IMG/VR virus record: IMGVR_UViG_3300037337_000170
Coordinates: 32,001 to 96,000 of that record
Direction: 5' to 3' (one strand)
Origin: a virus
DNA: 64,000 nt
Part shown: positions 1-7,425 of the stretch, piece after piece
Numbering within the stretch: position 1 is the first letter of the stretch
How the letters are laid out: every line of letters starts with the position of its first letter
Notes under the pieces: model-generated
Told to the model about the DNA's origin: nothing
Database searches by the model: none
What the model saw: only the letters and a program-made list of their open reading frames with translations
Program-made: the position numbers and the translations under genes

Positions 1-384
1 GGTGAAGGTCTGGTCTGGAAGCCACTGTTGAACGGCGGCGACCCTGGTACCTGGTTCAAAAGCAAGGGATCAAAACATTCTGCTTCCAAGGTCAAGACAA
101 TATCGGCTGTTGACTCAGAAACTTTCGACACAATCAACGACTATGTTGAAATGTTTGTGACTGAAAACCGTCTTGAGCAAATGTTGGATGTTATGGTTCG
201 TGAGAAGCTCCTACCTTTCGATATGAAGTCTATGGGGACATGGATCCGAATGGTTTTTCAAGATTGTATCAAGGAATCCCAGGAAGAACTGGTAGCTAAT
301 CAACTTGACCCTAAGAAATTAGGTGGTCCAATTGCCAACGCTGCCCGCCGTTGGTATATTAATAAAGTCAATTCTACAGTATGA
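1..384 (+). CDS. RNA ligase (Rnl2-like), 3' part; truncated by window start
   Basis: Frame is open from base 1: GEGLVWK (ligase motif IV), WFKSKG (motif V), then a helical C-terminal domain (VTENRLEQ). Confidence 0.75.
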   Translation, partial: GEGLVWKPLLNGGDPGTWFKSKGSKHSASKVKTISAVDSETFDTINDYVEMFVTENRLEQMLDVMVREKLLPFDMKSMGTWIRMVFQDCIKESQEELVANQLDPKKLGGPIANAARRWYINKVNSTV

Positions 385-524
385 TACTTAAGGCGGTTTT
401 GGTTGTTTACATTGCGATCATAATAGTTTTTAATGCGTCCCTAAGTACACTACTGGCATCAATCCTACCAATCTGGGGTGCATATCTAATAATTGAATAT
501 TTTATAAAGGAAAATTTTTCATGA
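381..524 (+). CDS. small hydrophobic hypothetical protein (47 aa)
   Basis: MILKAVLVVYIAIIIVFNASLSTLLASILPIWGAYLIIEYFIKENFS; ATGA overlaps with both neighbours. Confidence 0.55.
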   Translation: MILKAVLVVYIAIIIVFNASLSTLLASILPIWGAYLIIEYFIKENFS

Positions 525-661
525 TTTATTACCGAGAATGGCAAACAGAAAAACCTAGTAAAAGTTTAATCTTCGTTTCATCCGAACGTAAATTTTACTA
601 CTATTATTCTGGTTGGTTTCTATTTTGTTTTATTCCTCTCTATATTAAACGTGTTGGTTAA
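521..661 (+). CDS. small hypothetical protein (46 aa)
   Basis: MIYYREWQ...SGWFLFCFIPLYIKRVG; AAGGAA SD; overlaps the previous stop and the next start. Confidence 0.55.
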   Translation: MIYYREWQTEKPSKSLIFVSSERKFYYYYSGWFLFCFIPLYIKRVG

Positions 662-918
662 TGATTAATTTCTCTGAAATCGAAAAAAATATTCTGTATA
701 AACGGTATACAGAACCTACATATGTGGATGACGTAATTGCTCAACTGATGAATTATAAAAGGCAGCTAGATTATAATTGCCATCGCTTTATTGACCAATA
801 CGGCCCAAAAGTCGACTCAGAAACCCCAACCAAATATACCAAATTTCTAAAAAACCAAAATGAAGAATATTCATCAATTACCCGGTTACTCAGAGTCATT
901 GCAGCGTATGAAAAATGA
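661..918 (+). CDS. hypothetical protein
   Basis: 85-aa ORF coupled to the upstream ORF (TAATG). Confidence 0.65.
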   Translation: MINFSEIEKNILYKRYTEPTYVDDVIAQLMNYKRQLDYNCHRFIDQYGPKVDSETPTKYTKFLKNQNEEYSSITRLLRVIAAYEK

Positions 919-967
919 AACCTTTGTAGTAATGACCCCTGAGGTTTTTGCTGGTGGCGAGGTTAAA

Positions 968-1201
968 ATGACCGATAACATTCTTTTCAAGACGGCTTCA
1001 GATTTTAGTCAATTTGTTGAGACTGAAGCCAATAAACAAGATATGTCTTGCACCGATGTGATTCTTGCATATTGTGACTCTAAAGATATTGATCCTGATG
1101 CTATCGCAAAGCTAGTAAATAGCTCACTAAAGGGCAAACTAGAAAACGAAATGATTCAGAGCGGCTTAATGAGCGCCCACAATACACTAGACAACTTCTA
1201 A
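968..1201 (+). CDS. gp33: late-transcription co-activator gp33
   Basis: FSQFVE...DVILAYC...IDPDAIAKLVNSSLKGKLENE pattern; GAGGT SD before ATG 968 (alternative start 908); lies upstream of gp59 and gp32. Confidence 0.85.
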   Translation: MTDNILFKTASDFSQFVETEANKQDMSCTDVILAYCDSKDIDPDAIAKLVNSSLKGKLENEMIQSGLMSAHNTLDNF

Positions 1202-1205
1202 TAGT

Positions 1206-1778
1206 ATGAATGGATTTGCACTGTGGAAGATTCATCGGGCGGTAGGCATGCACTTCACCGATAAGAATTATGACCTATTCAAATATAACGGTCGGTTCAA
1301 TCGGGATAATGAATATGCCTTTGGAAAAGTATCTCGCCGGAATACCTATGAGTTTATGTCTTCAAAGTTTGAGCGTCCTTATGACTCGGTAGAGTACTTT
1401 GTTTCAAACTTAATCTATACCTCTTCGGACGAAGCATTTACTGCTACTGCATGGGATAATAATAAAAGGTGGATCCGGGAAAAAGAATCCTTAACCAAAC
1501 TCATCTCAGATGACCTAGAGAAGTTAGACTTTGAGGTTGACTTGCATGATGAAACTATGCCAAATCTTCTGAAGATGATTGTGTCAAACCAGATTATCCC
1601 ACAGACCGCAGTCGCTTTAAATGAGATAATTCCATTCTTGGATGAATGGAATTCTAAAGTTTATTTTGGGTTCCACCAAAATGTAGTAAAATTGTCCAAG
1701 TTGTCCCGCTTTTGTAAGTACAACAAGTCCCGTATCGAATCCATTATCCTAGAGAAAACAAGTGAAAAATCGTCCTGA
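1206..1778 (+). CDS. gp59: helicase loader gp59
   Basis: N-terminal 'HFTDKNYDLFKYNG' motif; T4 synteny 33-59-32. Confidence 0.85.
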   Translation: MNGFALWKIHRAVGMHFTDKNYDLFKYNGRFNRDNEYAFGKVSRRNTYEFMSSKFERPYDSVEYFVSNLIYTSSDEAFTATAWDNNKRWIREKESLTKLISDDLEKLDFEVDLHDETMPNLLKMIVSNQIIPQTAVALNEIIPFLDEWNSKVYFGFHQNVVKLSKLSRFCKYNKSRIESIILEKTSEKSS

Positions 1779-1935
1779 ATTCAAATCCGCAGAGCATCGC
1801 CGTGAAAAGATTACTGAACATAGTAATCTGGAAAGTCGAAAGTCTATCCGTGACAAACGGTTTTATGTTATTGATGATGACTATGAAATTTATCAGTTGA
1901 TGTCAGATGAAATTAAGGACGATGAAAAAGAATAA
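1762..1935 (+). CDS. small charged hypothetical protein (57 aa, GTG start)
   Basis: Open frame fills the gap between gp59 and the gp32 promoter. Confidence 0.4.
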   Translation: MKNRPEFKSAEHRREKITEHSNLESRKSIRDKRFYVIDDDYEIYQLMSDEIKDDEKE

Positions 1936-1936
1936 A

Positions 1937-1970
1937 GTTTATTTTTATATTTTAAGAGCCATGGTATAAT
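1937..1970 (+). promoter_or_regulatory. sigma70-type pre-replicative promoter GTTTATTT-N20-TATAAT (extended -10)
   Basis: TGGTATAAT -10; the same upstream box at 22-23 nt spacing recurs at 36677-36710, 53247-53281 and 54909-54942. Confidence 0.65.
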
Positions 1971-1982
1971 TGACTCAAGGTG

Positions 1983-1990
1983 TATAAATA
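1983..1990 (+). promoter_or_regulatory. T4 late promoter
   Basis: TATAAATA upstream of gene 32. Confidence 0.75.
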
Positions 1991-1994
1991 AAAC

Positions 1995-2031
1995 GACTAC
2001 CACAACCATCCTGGTCGGTAGTTTATCCAGG
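1995..2031 (+). promoter_or_regulatory. H-type pseudoknot in the gene 32 leader (putative translational operator)
   Basis: GACUACC 1995-2001 pairs with GGUAGUU 2017-2023; loop CCUGG 2010-2014 pairs with CCAGG 2027-2031. Confidence 0.6.
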
Positions 2032-2079
2032 TCCTTGTGGCCTACAACAATAGGTACTTAATGTACCGGAAAGAAACTC

Positions 2080-2973
2080 ATGTCCTTATCAATTGCAGAC
2101 CTACGCGCTCTACGCTCTAAAGGTTTCGGTGATGTAACCGCCGCATTAAACAAAAAAAGTGAATATGCCAAGGATGACGAAGGCTACTTTAAATTAACGG
2201 CTGACAAGGCTGGTAATTCCTCTGCTGTCATTCGATTCCTACCTAAGCACGTCGATGATGAACTACCTTGGGTCACATACTACACCCATGGTATTCAGGG
2301 TGACAATGGCAAATGGCTAATCGATAATTGCCCAACCTCTATTGGTCAACCATGCCCCGTCTGTGAAGCCACCCGCAAACTATATCAGGGTTCTGAGGAT
2401 GATAAAAAAATTGGTGCAAAGCGCAAACGCCGCCAATCTTATGTAGCCAACGTGTTGGTTATTTCTGACCCAAAAAATCCAGAAAATAACGGAAAGGTTG
2501 CTCCATTCAAATTCGGCAAAAAGATCTTTGAAAAGATGATGGGTGCAATTCAACCAACCTTTGAAGATGATACCCCAGTTAATATCTTCGATCTTTGGGA
2601 AGGTGCTGCATTCAAACTACGCATGCGTAAAGTAGAAGGTTATCCTAACTACGATCAGAGCAATTTTGAGTCGCCATCTGAAATTGCTGATTCCGATGAT
2701 GCTATTCTAAAGATTATGAATCAGGTTACCTCTCTGCGTCCTATTATAGCACCTTCTAATTTCAAGTCATACGCTGAACTAGCAACTAAACTAGCCAGTA
2801 TTGATGCAGATGGCGGTGGCGGTTCGACCGCAGAAAAGATTGTTGAACAGATGCGCTCTGAGCCAACCAAACCCGCTAAGGCTATTGATACACCTGCTAA
2901 GACTGCACCTTTGTCAGCTGTTGATGAAGATGAAGATCTAAATGCATATTTTGCAAGTATGGCAAAAAGCTAA
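2080..2973 (+). CDS. gp32: single-stranded DNA-binding protein gp32
   Basis: AVIRFLP, NCPTSIGQPCPVC zinc site, FGKKIFEK, YDQSNF, acidic C-terminal tail. Confidence 0.97.
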   Translation: MSLSIADLRALRSKGFGDVTAALNKKSEYAKDDEGYFKLTADKAGNSSAVIRFLPKHVDDELPWVTYYTHGIQGDNGKWLIDNCPTSIGQPCPVCEATRKLYQGSEDDKKIGAKRKRRQSYVANVLVISDPKNPENNGKVAPFKFGKKIFEKMMGAIQPTFEDDTPVNIFDLWEGAAFKLRMRKVEGYPNYDQSNFESPSEIADSDDAILKIMNQVTSLRPIIAPSNFKSYAELATKLASIDADGGGGSTAEKIVEQMRSEPTKPAKAIDTPAKTAPLSAVDEDEDLNAYFASMAKS

Positions 2974-2984
2974 GTTGTAAAAGC

Positions 2985-3006
2985 TACTGGGTCAGGTGAC
3001 CCAGTA
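2985..3006 (+). other. stem-loop just after gene 32
   Basis: TACTGGGTC-AGGT-GACCCAGTA; no U-tract, so more likely a stability or processing hairpin. Confidence 0.5.
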
Positions 3007-3032
3007 ATTCAACCCCTACTTTGAACTTAACA

Positions 3033-3197
3033 ATGAATAATCAAGAACTTATTACTGAACTAGAATTGATGTACAAAAAACTAATTAGTCTAGGAAGTTA
3101 TGATAGAGCGCAGGCAGTGTTACTGAAACTTTCTGACTTAAAAACTCAGAATGAATCAAGTACTACTATTGACGGTAAAATTATCCTACTAGGATAA
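3033..3197 (+). CDS. small hypothetical protein (54 aa)
   Basis: MNNQELITELELMYKKL...KIILLG; ends just before a terminator. Confidence 0.55.
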   Translation: MNNQELITELELMYKKLISLGSYDRAQAVLLKLSDLKTQNESSTTIDGKIILLG

Positions 3198-3200
3198 ACC

Positions 3201-3222
3201 AGGGAGCTTCGGCTCCCTTTTT
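3201..3222 (+). terminator. rho-independent terminator with cUUCGg tetraloop
   Basis: AGGGAGC-TTCG-GCTCCCT followed by a T-run; typical of T4-like phages. Confidence 0.9.
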
Positions 3223-3256
3223 GTTATGGTAAATACAAAAATATTTTATATAAATC

Positions 3257-3799
3257 ATGCTACCATCATTCAGTTACAGTAATATCGACGGCATAGGCCC
3301 TATTGTTGATGATATGTTAGAAACTATTATTGACCCACTAGAACTAGCCTTGTATCTGCCGTCTGTACTTTATGCTGATTACTTTTCTATTGACATTACT
3401 GTAAATGTAATATACTTTGACGAAGTGTTGGGGACTAGGGTTTTACCAGCCAAGATTGTTGAGGTTAACCCAATAATCGGATTAACAGCCGTTATTAATT
3501 CTAATGTAATCACACTTAGTGGTAATCATATTTCTAGCTTTGATGATAATTATATTTTTATTGATAATCCTAAATATGTTATCAATAGAAAGGTCGACAA
3601 GGTGCGAAGCCTTATAGAATATATAATGCCACCTGATATATTACAACTTATACCGCTACCATTTACCATAACAATGCCATCTAGTCCCTTTGGGTCAGGA
3701 CCAGAAACCACCATTCATACAGAATTATATCAGTGGGTATATTGGACTGTATTAGAGGCTGAAAAAAATATTAAACTATATGTGTCGGAAGGATTATAA
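3257..3799 (+). CDS. hypothetical (probably structural) protein coupled to the PAAR gene
   Basis: 180-aa ORF with TAATG overlap to PAAR; late-like TATAAATC just upstream. Confidence 0.65.
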   Translation: MLPSFSYSNIDGIGPIVDDMLETIIDPLELALYLPSVLYADYFSIDITVNVIYFDEVLGTRVLPAKIVEVNPIIGLTAVINSNVITLSGNHISSFDDNYIFIDNPKYVINRKVDKVRSLIEYIMPPDILQLIPLPFTITMPSSPFGSGPETTIHTELYQWVYWTVLEAEKNIKLYVSEGL

Positions 3800-4107
3800 T
3801 GCCTGCTATTTCCCGTCAAGGTGATTCCGTCATGAGTCCAGACGGAGCCAGAAGAAAATGTAGATCACCAATGAAAACCTCTGTGGACGAGGTGAATACG
3901 GTAAATGTATTTGCAAATGGTATTCTTATAGTCGCCGCTGGCGACCAAATAGCCGCACACCCTAAGGCAGGATGTTCACCCGATGAATCTACTCTTTCAG
4001 TAAACTCGACCACAGTCTTTATTGGAAATGACGGAGTAGGCAGAATCGGTGACAAATATGGCAATAATACAATTACACAAGGTAGTTCGAATGTTTTTGC
4101 CGGTTAG
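3799..4107 (+). CDS. PAAR-repeat spike tip protein (gp5.4-like)
   Basis: MPAISRQGD, NVFANG, AHP, GRIGD, ITQGSSNVFAG. Confidence 0.9.
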   Translation: MPAISRQGDSVMSPDGARRKCRSPMKTSVDEVNTVNVFANGILIVAAGDQIAAHPKAGCSPDESTLSVNSTTVFIGNDGVGRIGDKYGNNTITQGSSNVFAG

Positions 4108-4108
4108 A

Positions 4109-6142
4109 TTAAATCATATTGTAACGTAGACTCTGCATTATAAAAGGGTCCTGATTTCTTATCGCAGTTCTCTCTTTTATTTCAGTACTATTATTGACAT
4201 TGGACACGGGAGCATTCACTATGTTTGTGGCTGCTCCTGTATTAGTTTGCTCTCTGGCATTTTCGATAGCCATACTATCTGCGGTTATTGAATTTGCTAC
4301 AGCAGTTGGTGCAATAGATTTTTTGCCAATCAGTAGTACTTCATTTGCATTTAGGCTATCGGCTAATGTCACTGGATCAAGTTTTTTATTATCTATCTTG
4401 GCTAGATCCGCACTCCTCAAAGAAGGGACGGTACCAACAGGTTGCTCAGACCCCCGTCCAGTCAACTGGTCGAAGTTCTCATATAAACCCATCGCACCAC
4501 CGGCAAGCCCGCCTACGCCTGCGCCTACAGCGGCTCCGACTGGACCTAGCATACTTCCTAACATGGCGCCGGTGCCGGCAAAACTAACTGCCTGTGAGCC
4601 GATTCTTGCACCTGCTGCTGATTTATTATATCCAGCATCCTCAAGAGCATTCCCCCCAGCATTTAAGGCCGCGCCACCTAACATTCCCGCAATTCCGCCT
4701 GCTGCTCCCCGAAGTAGACCTGGGGCATTTGCGGCTACACCTGACTTTATTCCAGTAAATGCCCTAGAAAGTCTTGAGCTAACTGGCGCTGGTTGAGCCC
4801 CCGGTAATTGAGCGGGACCTGGTATAGATGGTGCTGATGATGGTCGTCTCGTATCAGAATTCGATGATGGCACTCCTGCCATAGGCGGTGGAGCTGGCGA
4901 TTGAATTCCAGAATTCGATGGTAGCACTCCTGGTAATTGAACAGGACCTGGTATAGACGGTGGTGCTGACTTTATTGTAGATGGCACTACTGGAGAGCGT
5001 CTGGTATTAGAATTCGACGGCATCGAATTCTCAATATCTGGTAATTGAACAGGACCTGGTATAGATGATGCTGGACCTGATGGGCTTATTCTAGGTGATG
5101 ACGGTGCACCAGGCGATCTATTTCCGCGCGATCTATTGCTTGGTTGTCTTCTTGTTCTTTGTTTTCTTTCTGGGCTACTATCTATTAAGGAGTCTACTAA
5201 CGAGCCTGAGCCAGATATATTAAACGTGTTAAAAATCTGAGATACATCTTGGTCGAATAGTGGTTCATTTTTTTTAGCCTCTAATCTTTCTTCCTCGGCA
5301 ATTAATTCGTTTGTTTTTGCAATAGAATTAATATCGGATGCTCTATTCTGTGGCGGCTGAGTGTTAATACCTGCCCCTACTATTTTTTTAAGTTCTATTA
5401 ACTGTTGTTCTAATAATGTTTTTAGTGGAAGTATGTCAATATTGCCAAGCGCGCTACTAGAATTACTTACTGGTGCTAGATTAGTGCTAGAATTGGTATT
5501 AGTTACTGGTGCTAGATTAGTGCTAGAATTGGTATTAGTTACTGGTGCTAGATTAGTTACTGGTGCTAGATTAGTGCTAGAATTACTAGAATTGGTGCTA
5601 GAATTAGTTACTGGTGCTAGATTAGTGCTAGAACTAGTTATTGTATTAGATGGTATACTAGATGGTGTTATGGCAAGTCTATCAGACTCTTGTGAGATAG
5701 CATTGGAAACAGAAAAATTATTACTTGTGTTACCTAATACGGGTCTTAAATTTGCCGGCGACTGTCCCTGTTGATTGGTCATCATTCCAGATAAACCAAC
5801 AGGGTTATAGTTATTACCAATAGTAGAACCTATGTCTGCTGCTACTCTAAGCCTAGATAACTCATTTGGACTCTTTTGTCCGAATGAAGTTTTAAGATTG
5901 CTGGAAAGTCTTTCTATTGCTGTAATTAAAAGATCTTTTTTCCTTAACTCATCTTTGGCCAGCAGTAACACCCTTTCCTCAATCGCCAATTGCCTATCCC
6001 TAAAAAACCCAGTTTGAGTATTTTCAGAAGTTTCATTGTCATTATTTGCTATCGGCTCAGATAGATCCCCCTGTGCTAAGAGTGCGGGGTTCTGTATTGC
6101 AGAAATTAAATCTGGATTTTTTGGTCTGTTATCTTGAATCAT
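4109..6142 (-). CDS. putative tape-measure / baseplate hub (gp29-like) protein with low-complexity repeats
   Basis: Directly downstream of gp26-gp51; glycine-zipper segment GAMLGSMLGPVGAAVGAGVGGLAGG; C-terminal IVNAPVSNVNN. Confidence 0.55.
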   Translation of the reverse strand: MIQDNRPKNPDLISAIQNPALLAQGDLSEPIANNDNETSENTQTGFFRDRQLAIEERVLLLAKDELRKKDLLITAIERLSSNLKTSFGQKSPNELSRLRVAADIGSTIGNNYNPVGLSGMMTNQQGQSPANLRPVLGNTSNNFSVSNAISQESDRLAITPSSIPSNTITSSSTNLAPVTNSSTNSSNSSTNLAPVTNLAPVTNTNSSTNLAPVTNTNSSTNLAPVSNSSSALGNIDILPLKTLLEQQLIELKKIVGAGINTQPPQNRASDINSIAKTNELIAEEERLEAKKNEPLFDQDVSQIFNTFNISGSGSLVDSLIDSSPERKQRTRRQPSNRSRGNRSPGAPSSPRISPSGPASSIPGPVQLPDIENSMPSNSNTRRSPVVPSTIKSAPPSIPGPVQLPGVLPSNSGIQSPAPPPMAGVPSSNSDTRRPSSAPSIPGPAQLPGAQPAPVSSRLSRAFTGIKSGVAANAPGLLRGAAGGIAGMLGGAALNAGGNALEDAGYNKSAAGARIGSQAVSFAGTGAMLGSMLGPVGAAVGAGVGGLAGGAMGLYENFDQLTGRGSEQPVGTVPSLRSADLAKIDNKKLDPVTLADSLNANEVLLIGKKSIAPTAVANSITADSMAIENAREQTNTGAATNIVNAPVSNVNNSTEIKERTAIRNQDPFIMQSLRYNMI
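4802..5066 (-). repeat. three dispersed copies of an IPGP(V/A)QLP-coding repeat
   Basis: GGTAATTGA(A/G)C(A/G)GGACCTGGTATAGA near 4803, 4932 and 5040. Confidence 0.7.
5455..5640 (-). repeat. in-frame minisatellite (NLAPVT / NTNSST units)
   Basis: Tandem units such as TTACTGGTGCTAGATTAG and TGCTAGAATTGGTATTAG. Confidence 0.85.
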
Positions 6143-6143
6143 A

Positions 6144-6278
6144 TTAGCTCTGCAATTTTTGTTTTTTCTCTTCTAGATATTGTTTCAATAATATAACATA
6201 AACTTCCCGTTCATAAGGAATCATGCTGTTTAGATCGCCCATTGTATAACCGTGGTGTTGCATTAATGCAAAATTCAT
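6144..6278 (-). CDS. gp51: gp51-like baseplate hub assembly protein (short form; possibly the -1 extension of gp26)
   Basis: MNFALMQHHGYTIGDLNSMIPYEREVYVILLKQYLEE; the frame is open back to the U8 run at 6319-6326. Confidence 0.8.
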   Translation of the reverse strand: MNFALMQHHGYTMGDLNSMIPYEREVYVILLKQYLEEKKQKLQS

Positions 6279-6316
6279 CTGAAGATGATTAATAAGGTTA
6301 TCAGAACTAAGGCATA

Positions 6317-7024
6317 TTAAAAAAAATTATTAAGACCCCGTAATGTCTTTTTATGCTCAGTTTTACAACTGGGGCAGGTCCAGTCGAATGAAAGTCTGGT
6401 TTCCGGCATAGAATCAAAGAAACTTGCTAGCTTATTATATTGAGCAGTAGTGAACTTCTGTACAAACTTTATCATTGTCTCACGAGACTCTTCTTTGGCA
6501 TGATATTGATTATCACCATCGAATGCGGTTTCGATTGAAAGGGCTACCAACTGTAATTTTGTAGCGTCTGCATCGTCTCCGTCTACAACAGTTGTTGTCA
6601 TTTCTTCTAGTGATGGATATCTCATTTTTACCGCTAGAGTTGTAGTCAATTTGATAATCTTATTATGATCGGGCGCAGTATATACCTCTACTTTTTCTAG
6701 GGGAATAGAAATAGGTGTGGCCTTCTCACATGCTGGGCATGTAATTTCTATTAGAGATTCTTCTCCAATAGATTTCATTCTAATCTTAACAAAAAGATAT
6801 TCGATATCAAATGTGGTGAGATTTTCTGTAGCCGATAAAGGTTGAATACATGCCCTAACCACCGCACCAATGGTATTCACCATGGTAACAACATCTTCAG
6901 ATTCTTGGGCACCTAGCAGAGAACGCTCTTCTGAAACCAAAAACGGTCTAAAACTAACTCTTTCGTTGGTCGATGGAATGACACAACCATATATTGGTGT
7001 TGTTACAATATTTAAAATACTCAT
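6317..7024 (-). CDS. gp26: baseplate hub assembly chaperone gp26
   Basis: IPST...FRPFLVSEE, FDIEYLFVKIRMKSIGE, two CPxC motifs, GLNNFF end. Confidence 0.9.
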   Translation of the reverse strand: MSILNIVTTPIYGCVIPSTNERVSFRPFLVSEERSLLGAQESEDVVTMVNTIGAVVRACIQPLSATENLTTFDIEYLFVKIRMKSIGEESLIEITCPACEKATPISIPLEKVEVYTAPDHNKIIKLTTTLAVKMRYPSLEEMTTTVVDGDDADATKLQLVALSIETAFDGDNQYHAKEESRETMIKFVQKFTTAQYNKLASFFDSMPETRLSFDWTCPSCKTEHKKTLRGLNNFF

Positions 7025-7425
7025 GATTTAGTTTCCTTGTTTGATAGGAGTGCAGATAATTCGGCTGTGGTACCACTGAATACAATATTGTTAGTAGTAC
7101 TGTTATTCTGAACGGCTTTTGTTATTCCAGCCAGAGAAGTCAGCTTTTGTTCCATGGCATGCATTGCCATTATTTTACTATTTAAGTCTGCCATTGTGGA
7201 CATTAATGTGGCTACTACTTCAAAAGCTTTAGGATCTTCTGCTGCAATTGCTACACTTAATGCTTCCCGAAGGGCTACTCCACCTACCTCTAGTAGATCT
7301 TTTATATTAGACCGGGATTCTGCACTATCAGTTACTACTGTGGCATTAACATCATCACGAACCGCCGGAGTAAAATTATATTTGACTGGATTGACATTAA
7401 ATGTCGAGGATAGTGTGTTTTTCAT
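7021..7425 (-). CDS. gp16: terminase small subunit gp16 (displaced from gp17)
   Basis: SRSNIKDLLE.G..AL...EDPKAFEVVATLM...NNIVFSGTTAEL matches the T4-like gp16 signature. Confidence 0.85.
   Translation of the reverse strand: MKNTLSSTFNVNPVKYNFTPAVRDDVNATVVTDSAESRSNIKDLLEVGGVALREALSVAIAAEDPKAFEVVATLMSTMADLNSKIMAMHAMEQKLTSLAGITKAVQNNSTTNNIVFSGTTAELSALLSNKETKS

Noticed and set aside
5455-5640. CRISPR-like array
   Set aside because: Units are contiguous, in frame within a CDS and lack unique spacers.
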